DNA from: an uncultured virus (IMG/VR IMGVR_UViG_3300028888_000089)
Lineage: Duplodnaviria; Heunggongvirae; Uroviricota; Caudoviricetes
Virus record (IMG/VR): IMGVR_UViG_3300028888_000089
DNA length: 31,595 nt
Direction: 5' to 3' (one strand)
Shown here: piece by piece, positions 18,230-26,679 of the stretch
Layout of the letters: every line of letters begins with the position of its first letter
How positions within the stretch are numbered: position 1 is the first letter of the stretch
The notes under the pieces: model-generated
What the model was told of the DNA's origin: nothing
Database searches by the model: none
What the model saw: the letters and a program-made list of their open reading frames with translations, nothing else
Position numbers and translations under genes: made by a program

Positions 18230-20341
18230 TTATTCGCCATCATCGTCGTCTTCTTCGGTTTCGACTTCTTCTTCGATGACAATCGCAGAATAGGGCTTAG
18301 TCAGAGCACCAGAGCAGTAAGTTTCGATCAGATACTTCTGCTGGTTGTAGTCGATGTCGAAGTCTTCGAACATATTGATGCTGCCACCCTTATCGGCACC
18401 AACATTGTAGTCATTCAGGTCAAGAATGATAACCAGCGGCTTATAGGTCTTGTCAGTGGTCTCGTCAACACGAACAGTAGAGCTTTCGCTCATCTGAGGC
18501 ACAAACAGAATTTCTTTCACGCCCAGAGCGCTGGCAATTTCAGAATCATTAGCATAAATGCGCCGACCCTGACGATCCTTCAGCAGCTTCAGACCACTAT
18601 ACTCACGGCGGGTCATCAGAGCAACGCAGTCACCAGTACCCTGATAATCTTCCCAAGCATAAGTAACGGTGTCGACCAGAGCTTCGCCCCTAGGAGTGCC
18701 TTCGGGAACTTCCAGAGTCTTGCGGATAACATACAGCGGGTCATCCTTAAACACAGGAATGATCTTATCTTCCTTAATCTTGTCTTCAGACTCGGGGCTA
18801 CGGCCATCACCAACGATAAAGGCACGAGCCAGTTCCTCGTCCAGCATCATGCGCATTTCGCTCTTCAGCCAAGCGACCTTATCGAAACCTTCGCTGATGT
18901 CAATCATGTCCTGACGATCCAGCTTCTGCTTCTTATAAACCATGTCCGGACCGACTTCACGCTTCAGAAGGGCCAGAACTTCTTCCTTCTTCTTATGGGA
19001 CTTCAGGTAACCCCGCGCACGAGCCTGTGCACCAGTGATATCGGCAAAGGTCATCTTAACCTTAGCAAAGGGAGTATGATGAACACCGCGCATGATCTTG
19101 GACACCCAGGTCGTATCGCGCTTAATGAACTGAGGGGCACCATTTCCGCTAACTTCGCGGTATTCGGGCTGCAGATAATCAATCTGCTCAATTCCATATT
19201 CCTGACTATGCTGGAGAATAGCTTCTTTTAGTGTGCTTTTCATAGCATCACGCTGGATCGTTGCAAGCTGATCATGGGTCAGGGTGTCATTCTGGATTTC
19301 CGTAGCACTGTTGTCAAAAATATTTCTATTCATAGTATAATCCTCTCCTTCTTCGTATGAATGGGAAGCTTCATCATCTTCCTCATCTTCACCATCGTCA
19401 TTGTCTTCTTTAGAAGCTAAAGCCTGAGCAACAAGGAACTCTGTTACCTTGCGCTGTTTTTCAGACATGCTATCGAGCACATCCTGAACCGTACGTTCTC
19501 CTGAATCTGCATGAGAAACGGGTTTCTCTTCTTCAGTTTCATTTCCTTCCTCTGCATCTTCGCCTTCGAGAGCCTGACCGACAAGATATTCAACAACCTG
19601 ACGCTGTTCGTCATTCATTGAATCAAGAACATCCTGAACAGTTTCGTTAGCATCGTCTTCGGAGTCATCAGCATGCTGAATTACAGAGTTCTTTTTGTTC
19701 TTCTCTTCATCGCCTTCGTCGTTTTCATTGCCTTCGCCATCGGTTTCATCTTTGTCTTCACCCTCTGGCTCTTCTTCTACGACTTTTTCATTCTTTTTAG
19801 ATTCTTTTTTTGCATTGGCCTCTTCTTCGTCTTCATCTTCTTCATCCTTTGCAGAATGCTTAAGACTCATTCCGTCGCCCATTTCAAGGCCATCTTCATC
19901 ACCAGGCCAAATATAAGCCTCGGTTTCGCTTTCTTCTCCATGTTCAAGAATCGGGAACTCAATTACTGCCCCAGGATTAGCCCCAGCAAGAACAACACTA
20001 AGTTCTCTAATGGTACCATGGATGACGTCTCCACCACGCTGAGTTAACTTATTAGCAAATATGCTAAGTCCATTAATGTCACCATGACGAATACATTCCT
20101 TGACATGCCTTCCGATGTCAGTACCATTCAAACTGCAATACGCATAAACGCCTTCATTTCGATTTTCAAGTAACGCATGACCGATTACACGAGTAGGGTC
20201 CTCATGATTATGCTGATAAACCAGCGGAACCGTTCGCCCGTCATCGTCCTTAAAGGCGTCTCTTCGAATGGTTCTGCCATCGGCGCAAAGCAGATCATTT
20301 TTAGTTGCCCAGCCACCGAAGTCAAATTTGTTTTTGCTCAT
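18230..20341 (-). CDS. Prohead protease - acidic scaffold - major capsid protein fusion (HK97 fold)
   Basis: N-terminal HK97-type protease motifs (FGGWAT, VPLVYQHNH, GLSIFAN, RELSVVLAGANPGA); D/E-rich linker aa ~135-335; capsid motifs LDEELARAFIVGDG, LKDRQGRRIY and FDIDYNQQKYLIE. Confidence 0.93.
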   Translation of the reverse strand: MSKNKFDFGGWATKNDLLCADGRTIRRDAFKDDDGRTVPLVYQHNHEDPTRVIGHALLENRNEGVYAYCSLNGTDIGRHVKECIRHGDINGLSIFANKLTQRGGDVIHGTIRELSVVLAGANPGAVIEFPILEHGEESETEAYIWPGDEDGLEMGDGMSLKHSAKDEEDEDEEEANAKKESKKNEKVVEEEPEGEDKDETDGEGNENDEGDEEKNKKNSVIQHADDSEDDANETVQDVLDSMNDEQRQVVEYLVGQALEGEDAEEGNETEEEKPVSHADSGERTVQDVLDSMSEKQRKVTEFLVAQALASKEDNDDGEDEEDDEASHSYEEGEDYTMNRNIFDNSATEIQNDTLTHDQLATIQRDAMKSTLKEAILQHSQEYGIEQIDYLQPEYREVSGNGAPQFIKRDTTWVSKIMRGVHHTPFAKVKMTFADITGAQARARGYLKSHKKKEEVLALLKREVGPDMVYKKQKLDRQDMIDISEGFDKVAWLKSEMRMMLDEELARAFIVGDGRSPESEDKIKEDKIIPVFKDDPLYVIRKTLEVPEGTPRGEALVDTVTYAWEDYQGTGDCVALMTRREYSGLKLLKDRQGRRIYANDSEIASALGVKEILFVPQMSESSTVRVDETTDKTYKPLVIILDLNDYNVGADKGGSINMFEDFDIDYNQQKYLIETYCSGALTKPYSAIVIEEEVETEEDDDDGE

Positions 20342-20365
20342 TCTTCTTCTGCCCTTTCTTAATTT

Positions 20366-21712
20366 TTAAGGTATGTCTGCTACCTTCATTTCTGCGAGCG
20401 TAGGTTCGCCGCTGTTGTCCTCATCATAGTCCTCTTCATATTGAGAATCGTCATACTCTTCACCATCTGGAGAAGGTTCCATTGGCATCTCTCCTTCATG
20501 AGGATTAATATTCGGATTGCTCAACTGATTTGCAACCTGGTCATCAACCGGAGCATAGCCAAGCTTCTGTCTAAGTTCATTACGAGTTATGACTTCGCTG
20601 ATAACCAATTGGCTACCATTGGTGGCGATACTATCCATGGTTGCCAACTTGAAAATGTCGTTGAAGTACATAATCCGTTGATTCCTAGATCTAGCTGTCT
20701 TGGTTAAGAACTTTCGATTGAATTCCTCGGTTATCACAGCTACAATGGGTTCGATTGTACGGTTAATATAATTCAGCCAAGTTCGTTCGTCAGCAGTTCC
20801 CTCAAAGACTTCCTTCGTCATCCCTAACTGGCTATAAAGCATGCTCGTTAAGTACTCGATCTGGTCTAAGAGTTTGTTCTCGACACTTCGATTAAGCTGA
20901 GTTACTTTCTCCGTACCATCTGTGTAAGCAATGCCGTACCTATTTGTCATCAGCTGAGTTTCGATATCTCTACGACGTTTCTCAGCCTCCTGCCTTCTCA
21001 ACTCGGTTTTGATCGTGTACGGCAGTTGAATAATCAAATCGAGTTTTCCGCTTGATGATTGTTCATCAACAGCGTCAAGAAGATTTAATTTATAAATAAG
21101 CCGTTTCAAAGTAGAAATCGGCTCATTCATAACAGCATATAAAGGGTTTTCTATGATAGCAATTGTATCTTTAGGTAAGGTTAAATTCTCATGTTGGCCG
21201 GTTCTATCGTTATATAAATCAACCTTAACATGTCTAGGAAACCATTCAACGATCTTACCAACCCTTAGACTCTCTATGTCATAACTTCCGGAATATGTTC
21301 CTTCTTTCATAGGACTCCTGCTTGTATCAACTGGAACAACAGCAACAGATCCTTCATCAAGCATACTCGCAACAAGATCCTGCTTAAATGCTCTAGCTGT
21401 CTGGTCTATATTAGATTCAACATTCAAACAATAATTCAATCCGGAATTTATGACTTCAACAAATCGGTCATCTTGGTCCAATTTCACATGCTGGATCTTA
21501 ACACTCGCGACATCTATAGCAATTCGTGTATATATGCCAGCCAAGATTGATCGTTCATTGCCATAGCGAAATTTTATTCTGTCTGGACGAGAATAAAAAA
21601 CAGGACCTAAGTCCTGCTTAATTATTTCTTTCTGTTCTCTTCCAAGGAATGCGTTCCAGCCATGACGGAGTCTCTGCCCAAGAGTTAAAGCATCCTGCTT
21701 CATTTCACTCAA
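20366..21712 (-). CDS. Portal protein (HK97 family)
   Basis: RIAIDVASVKIQH, LNVESNIDQT, YINRTIEPIV..ITEEFNRK and ITRNELRQKLGY motifs; directly upstream of the protease-capsid gene. Confidence 0.93.
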   Translation of the reverse strand: MSEMKQDALTLGQRLRHGWNAFLGREQKEIIKQDLGPVFYSRPDRIKFRYGNERSILAGIYTRIAIDVASVKIQHVKLDQDDRFVEVINSGLNYCLNVESNIDQTARAFKQDLVASMLDEGSVAVVPVDTSRSPMKEGTYSGSYDIESLRVGKIVEWFPRHVKVDLYNDRTGQHENLTLPKDTIAIIENPLYAVMNEPISTLKRLIYKLNLLDAVDEQSSSGKLDLIIQLPYTIKTELRRQEAEKRRRDIETQLMTNRYGIAYTDGTEKVTQLNRSVENKLLDQIEYLTSMLYSQLGMTKEVFEGTADERTWLNYINRTIEPIVAVITEEFNRKFLTKTARSRNQRIMYFNDIFKLATMDSIATNGSQLVISEVITRNELRQKLGYAPVDDQVANQLSNPNINPHEGEMPMEPSPDGEEYDDSQYEEDYDEDNSGEPTLAEMKVADIP

Positions 21713-21742
21713 TATGCATCACCTCCGATTTGAAATATAATT

Positions 21743-21937
21743 TTAAGCATTTCTCTTGCTTGCTTTATCTGCTTTGCGCTTTTTTACGGAGTTATATGCC
21801 CAAGCGGTGGTATGTCCAGCAGCAGAAATACCAGAGCCAATAGAAACTCCAGTCGACACTGTCGCCAATAAGCTAGTGGGGCCTTTAACTCCATAATGGC
21901 AAAGAAAATATGGAGAATTTTTAAACGATGTTGGCAC
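21743..21937 (-). CDS. Leader-family gene 8: truncated leader fused to a short hydrophobic/basic peptide (possible deletion remnant)
   Basis: MPTSFKNSPYFLCHYGVKG then departs from the family consensus; GTG start with AGGAG RBS; 30 nt identical to the 5' end of 21976..22647. Confidence 0.65.
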   Translation of the reverse strand: MPTSFKNSPYFLCHYGVKGPTSLLATVSTGVSIGSGISAAGHTTAWAYNSVKKRKADKASKRNA

Positions 21938-22635
21938 GTCATCAACTCCTATTGATTAAAATCGTTTTATTTAGTTTACATCCAACGATATAATCCACTA
22001 GAATTAATATAATTCCAAAACAATTCATCTTGTTTACTTAATGGCAGATCGTTGAAATTGGGATATTGTTTTTCTAAATCAGAGTATGCTGTGCTAATCG
22101 CTTTTTTAGAGCTCATTTTCTTTGTTCCGTATTTTTCACTGCGGGGATCAATATAGTCCGGATCATTATTTGGTGACGTTTTAGAATCATTTTGTTTATT
22201 CTTTTTATTTTCTTTTTCTTTCTGTTTTTTAACTTTTTTTTCAAGTTCTTTAACGTCATCATCAGCGCTAGTGTTATAGAACACCATCTCATTTAGCCAC
22301 TCTTTACCGACTATTGTTTTTGGATCGGTTTTCATATCTTTGGCTAAAGTTTCTACAAAATTTTTCTTATAGGCATCAACAACTTCTTTTGTGTATTCTA
22401 AATTGTTAATATCCTGATTTAAATCTACTTTTTCATATTTTTTATTTATTTTCTTAAGATCCCTGTTCATATTATCAACGGATCTATTATAAAGCTCGAC
22501 CTGTTTGCCGATATCTTCGATATACCGTCTACGGCCTTCTTCAGTTAGTGTTCCATCTTCATTCTGAAACCTTCGAACGCCCCAATGTTGACCTTTGATG
22601 CCATGATGGCAAAGAAAATATGGAGAATTTTTAAA
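21896..22635. repeat. 30-bp exact direct repeat in the leader-coding regions (21896-21925 and 22606-22635)
   Basis: atggcaaagaaaatatggagaatttttaaa occurs at both positions. Confidence 0.9.
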
Positions 22636-22647
22636 AGACATTGGCAT
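21976..22647 (-). CDS. Leader-family gene 7: soluble K-rich helical body
   Basis: MPMSFKNSPYFLCHHGIKGQHWGVRRFQNEDGTLTEEGRRRY leader. Confidence 0.85.
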   Translation of the reverse strand: MPMSFKNSPYFLCHHGIKGQHWGVRRFQNEDGTLTEEGRRRYIEDIGKQVELYNRSVDNMNRDLKKINKKYEKVDLNQDINNLEYTKEVVDAYKKNFVETLAKDMKTDPKTIVGKEWLNEMVFYNTSADDDVKELEKKVKKQKEKENKKNKQNDSKTSPNNDPDYIDPRSEKYGTKKMSSKKAISTAYSDLEKQYPNFNDLPLSKQDELFWNYINSSGLYRWM

Positions 22648-22654
22648 ATGCGCA

Positions 22655-23206
22655 TCACCTCATCCTAGAAAGATCAATTTTCATCCACGATGCAGTTTTC
22701 ATACTGTCAATAAAACTGTCAGCTTTTGCTTTATATGCCTGATTCATTTTTCCTTTAATGACTCCAATAGCAGTCGCAACCAAAATAGCAGATGCTGTTT
22801 TTCCGAGCCATTCCGCTGCCTTACGCTTATTACTCTTGGTAAGGTTCTTGTATTGCTGTTCACGTTGAAGTCTACTATTTCTTCTATTTAATTCAGCATC
22901 ACTTAAAGTACTAGCATCTTTACTTTTCCAAGTAGAGCTTTCTGGTTTTTCTTTTTTATTTGAACCTTTAACTTTTTTAACACTTGACGTTTTAATTTTA
23001 TCTACTCTAGACAATATTTTATTGAGTTTAGACGAACTTTTTCCAGGACCCATTTGGCCAGGGCTACGTTTTTCTTCTAAATAATGCCGCTTTCCAGCTG
23101 CTGTTAATTCACCGTTTCTATAATAAAGTCCAGCACCCTTTTTACCAGAGCGCCCAGGTTGGCCCCAATGAATTAAATATGACGATCGATTTTCCACTAG
23201 CGTCAC
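22655..23206 (-). CDS. Leader-family gene 6: basic protein with LSDAEL...RLQRE helix and a hydrophobic segment
   Basis: SSYLIHWGQPGRSGKKGAGLYYRNGELTAAGKRHY leader; the start may be GTG at 23197 (MENRSS). Confidence 0.82.
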   Translation of the reverse strand: MTLVENRSSYLIHWGQPGRSGKKGAGLYYRNGELTAAGKRHYLEEKRSPGQMGPGKSSSKLNKILSRVDKIKTSSVKKVKGSNKKEKPESSTWKSKDASTLSDAELNRRNSRLQREQQYKNLTKSNKRKAAEWLGKTASAILVATAIGVIKGKMNQAYKAKADSFIDSMKTASWMKIDLSRMR

Positions 23207-24552
23207 CCCATTAAATTATTTAAAATTTCTTTATCCGTCAATTTTGTTCCAGGATGCTCTTTTTTGTATTCGCGAATAAGTCTAAGATTTGCCTGAGATC
23301 TTACTCCAGCTGCTACTTTTTTATTTGACTTTTTAGTATCTTCCGTTGAAGTCTTATTTTTATCTTTAGCGGCTTTTATAGTTTTCTTCCAATCAGGTTT
23401 TAATTCGGCACAGACAATACCTGCATTTTCCCATTTGACTTCCTTGTCGTCTAATCTAATAGCCTGAGTAGCACTAGGCTGGAAAAATGATAGTTCCTCA
23501 TCAGTTAGTTTTCTTTTAGTATTGCATTGAGCATCATATATCTCCATTTTTCCATCTTGAATCTCAAAAGCCATAGCATGCCCACCGAAAATAGAAGAAA
23601 CCGTTATCATTCCTCTAGATCCTTCTGGGTATTTAGATTCGCATTTGCGATATACTTCAGACCAGTTTTTTCCTCCAATGTTATCTAGCTTTTTGCCAGC
23701 GCCTTCATAAAGATCCTGGACGAGTTTATCGCCATACATCCCTGTTTCACATAATTTCGCTGTTACATCATATCCTCTACGACGTAAGTCATATGTCAAA
23801 CTGCATAAAGCACAGTTACTAGAATTTCCTTTAACAGCCAAATCAAATTTAGGATTAACGGCAGCCATATCAGATTCTCTAGTATGATCTCCTTTTATCT
23901 TCTTAGGAGGTTCATCTGCCGTAAACTGTTGTTTACTAGTAATATCTGAAAGATAGTCTTCAGAAATTTGATCGTTTTGCTCTTTATACTTTTTATGATT
24001 CTTATTTTTTCTAATTGGAGCATATATTTTGCATCCGATTATAAATGCAGCTATAGCTGTTGCTTCTGCAGCATAAGCAACAATTACTGGATCGACCGCC
24101 CCTACTTTATTTTTATCAGTGCCTTGACTAGCTACAACTTCTTTGTGTGTTTTAGCATCTAAAGGGTAAGGCGGGCCATTTTTCTTTCCCCAGGATTGTC
24201 CAGGAATACCATAATGCATCAAATATTCAGTAGTTCTTTTTACATTATAGTAATTTGACGTAACAGAAATACTATGTTCTATTTTTTGATCTTCAGGATG
24301 AATTTTATATGGGTTTTTAAGGAGCTTCATCAATTCCTTATCTTTAAGAACTACTCCTAACGGTATTGAACCGGATGCACCGCCATCTTTAGGATCAAAC
24401 AATCTGAATTCAATATTGGCTTCTGATCTGTCTACTCCTCTGGGGGCTAAACTAAATAGGTACATATCTTTATAGGGGATATAATAAATTGGATACATAT
24501 CCGGATAAATTTCTTTAACTTTAGATATGCTCTCCTTAAGACTCAAAGCCAT
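23203..24552 (-). CDS. Leader-family gene 5: N-terminal ~90-aa domain + internal leader + hydrophobic helix + papain-fold (Tox-PL-like) Cys-His-Asp domain
   Basis: Internal YLMHYGIPGQSWG (His113); NCALCSLTYDLRRRGYDVTA (Cys247), GGHAMAFE (His325), IYDAQ (Asp340). Confidence 0.8.
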   Translation of the reverse strand: MALSLKESISKVKEIYPDMYPIYYIPYKDMYLFSLAPRGVDRSEANIEFRLFDPKDGGASGSIPLGVVLKDKELMKLLKNPYKIHPEDQKIEHSISVTSNYYNVKRTTEYLMHYGIPGQSWGKKNGPPYPLDAKTHKEVVASQGTDKNKVGAVDPVIVAYAAEATAIAAFIIGCKIYAPIRKNKNHKKYKEQNDQISEDYLSDITSKQQFTADEPPKKIKGDHTRESDMAAVNPKFDLAVKGNSSNCALCSLTYDLRRRGYDVTAKLCETGMYGDKLVQDLYEGAGKKLDNIGGKNWSEVYRKCESKYPEGSRGMITVSSIFGGHAMAFEIQDGKMEIYDAQCNTKRKLTDEELSFFQPSATQAIRLDDKEVKWENAGIVCAELKPDWKKTIKAAKDKNKTSTEDTKKSNKKVAAGVRSQANLRLIREYKKEHPGTKLTDKEILNNLMG

Positions 24553-24570
24553 ATATTATACCTCCTATAA

Positions 24571-25266
24571 TTATCTATTTCGCATAAAATCAGCAAAGGC
24601 ACTGCTTCCTGAGGAACTACCGGGGTGCCAATCATATCCGCCATAATATTTAGCATTCTTAATTTTCGATAAAACAGTCCTTGCTTTATTAGCAATCATC
24701 TTATCAGCACCTGTTGATTTAGCAATGTTAACAATAGCAATAGCAGCAATAGACGTCGTTCCGACTCCAAGAAGTAGATTTTTTATGCCGCGACCAACGC
24801 GCTTTACTTTTTCTTTTGTGTCTTGTGTTTTTCTTTCCCTATTTGCTGCTTTCTGATGCTTTTCCATATCCTGCTTAGACAACTCTTGCTCAAATGCTTT
24901 CTTATAATCAGGATCCTTCATTTTTTCACTTATAAGATTTTTAATCTTCTTGCGTCTTGTCCCGGCTCCATCGCCATAATACGCTTTAGCGCGTGCATAT
25001 TCAGAAGCATCTTTTGAAGCTTCATGCTTAATCTTTTTATAGTTTTTGCTTCCATCAGCATTTATAAAATGAGATGTTTTAGTGTTATTTGTTGTTTGAC
25101 TTTGTGAACCTTCATTCTGGGATGGTTCGTGTCCATACTTTTCCATATAATAATGGCGATAGCCTTCTTCGGTAAGCTGACCATTTTTATACCAACGACC
25201 AGCTCCAACTTTGCCAGAACGACCAGGCACTCCATAATGGATTAAATATGAAGATTTATTATACAT
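24571..25266 (-). CDS. Leader-family gene 4: basic protein with a hydrophobic segment
   Basis: Start corrected to ATG 25266 (GAGGTG RBS): MYNKSSYLIHYGVPGRSGKVGAGRWYKNGQLTEEGYRHY; also EYARAKAYYGDGAGTRRK and LLLGVGTTSIAAIAIV. Confidence 0.82.
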   Translation of the reverse strand: MYNKSSYLIHYGVPGRSGKVGAGRWYKNGQLTEEGYRHYYMEKYGHEPSQNEGSQSQTTNNTKTSHFINADGSKNYKKIKHEASKDASEYARAKAYYGDGAGTRRKKIKNLISEKMKDPDYKKAFEQELSKQDMEKHQKAANRERKTQDTKEKVKRVGRGIKNLLLGVGTTSIAAIAIVNIAKSTGADKMIANKARTVLSKIKNAKYYGGYDWHPGSSSGSSAFADFMRNR

Positions 25267-25287
25267 GTATCTCACCTCTTAAAAGTA

Positions 25288-25923
25288 TTATTTAATCCCA
25301 TACTTTTTCAACAAGTCGGAATTAGATCTGTCAAATCTGCTTGTCGCTTTTCCCAATTGCCTGGCCTGCTTTTCTTGCAATTGCTTTATCTTCTCTAAAT
25401 TACGTTGGGCTTTTGCTATCTTATCATCAGTTCTGGCCATTTTATGCTCATTAGCAAGAACTTTCTTAGCTGCTCTAGAATTTCTCTTTATAGAGCTAAT
25501 ATACTTATGCTGTTTCCTTCTGCTACTTAAGTCTATGTCTTTGCCAGCCGATTTAAGTATCATTGACTTCTTCAGTTGGCCACGCTTATGAATACCATAA
25601 GCAGCAACGGCAGCTAAAGTAACTGCGCCAGCAGCGATCATAATTTTCTTAGCTTTTTCTTTTCTTGCTTTTTCCTGAGCTTTTGTCTCTTTTTTAGATT
25701 TTGTTTTAGTTACATTAGACGATGCGATCCTTTGCTTTATGGCGTTGCCAACAGCTCGAATGGCATCGGCGCCTCGATTGAAATCAGATTGCCTATACTG
25801 CTCTTCGCGTTGACGCTGTCCTTCTGGGGTCAATGAACCATCTTCATTTTGAAAACGACGAATACCCCAGTGCTGGCCTTTTATACCAAAGTGAATTAAA
25901 TAATCATTATCCTCGTACAACAT
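25288..25923 (-). CDS. Leader-family gene 3: very basic protein with one hydrophobic helix
   Basis: MLYEDNDYLIHFGIKGQHWGIRRFQNEDGSLTPEG leader; IMIAAGAVTLAAVAAYGI; paralog of 25942..26679. Confidence 0.87.
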   Translation of the reverse strand: MLYEDNDYLIHFGIKGQHWGIRRFQNEDGSLTPEGQRQREEQYRQSDFNRGADAIRAVGNAIKQRIASSNVTKTKSKKETKAQEKARKEKAKKIMIAAGAVTLAAVAAYGIHKRGQLKKSMILKSAGKDIDLSSRRKQHKYISSIKRNSRAAKKVLANEHKMARTDDKIAKAQRNLEKIKQLQEKQARQLGKATSRFDRSNSDLLKKYGIK

Positions 25924-26637
25924 AAAAGGCCTCCTGATATGTCAAATTCTGCCAATGGCGTGTATATTTCTAGCTGCCAACTTACGAGATTTCTCTATAG
26001 TATGCTTTGATAACGGCTTTAATTTTCCAGTTATCTTACTTTTAGTAAATCCTTTTTCTATGCCAATCGGACCAAGTCGCTTTTCGATAATATCAGCCAT
26101 ATTTTGAGATGCTAATTTATTGTTTTTAATATATCTACTTGCATCTTTTCTGGTCATATGAAGTGCTTTTCTAGCAGAACGTCGACCTCTTATTTTGGCC
26201 ATTTCTTTAACTCGTTTTACCGCAAGATTCTCTTGCTCTTTTGCTGTCAAAAATCTCGTATCTTTTGGGGTATATTCAGCATGCACCTTATTTTTTGCAA
26301 TTTCCATTAAGTTAGCTGTTGCTTTTTCTCTGCGATGAAGCGCATATGCTCCAGCAGCCGCTAAAGTGACTGCACCAGCTGCAATCAAAATTTTCTTAGC
26401 TCTATCTTTTCTTGCCTTTTCCTGAGCTGGTGTCCCTTTTTTAGGTTTGGATTTAGTTATATTAGATGGCGTAATTTGACGTCTCTGAGAATTTCCAACA
26501 GAGCGTATTGCATCTGTTCCGCGTTTAAAATCGTGACTTCTATATTGGTCATAATATTCAGCACGTTGACGCTGTCCTTCTGGCGTTAACGAACCATCTT
26601 CATTTTGAAAACGACGAATACCCCAGTGCTGGCCTTT
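25835..26637. repeat. 47-bp exact direct repeat in the leader-coding regions (25835-25881 and 26591-26637)
   Basis: gaaccatcttcattttgaaaacgacgaataccccagtgctggccttt occurs at both positions; similarity extends through the RBS (GGAGGCCTTTTATG). Confidence 0.9.
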
Positions 26638-26679
26638 GATGCCATAATGAACTAAATAATCGTTATCTTCGTATAGCAT
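25942..26679 (-). CDS. Leader-family gene 2: very basic protein with one hydrophobic helix
   Basis: MLYEDNDYLVHYGIKGQHWGIRRFQNEDGSLTPEG leader; ILIAAGAVTLAAAGAYAL. Confidence 0.87.
   Translation of the reverse strand: MLYEDNDYLVHYGIKGQHWGIRRFQNEDGSLTPEGQRQRAEYYDQYRSHDFKRGTDAIRSVGNSQRRQITPSNITKSKPKKGTPAQEKARKDRAKKILIAAGAVTLAAAGAYALHRREKATANLMEIAKNKVHAEYTPKDTRFLTAKEQENLAVKRVKEMAKIRGRRSARKALHMTRKDASRYIKNNKLASQNMADIIEKRLGPIGIEKGFTKSKITGKLKPLSKHTIEKSRKLAARNIHAIGRI

Noticed and set aside
16800..20362. Plus-strand and off-frame ORFs over the major tail and capsid genes
   Set aside because: Shadows of strongly biased, highly expressed genes.
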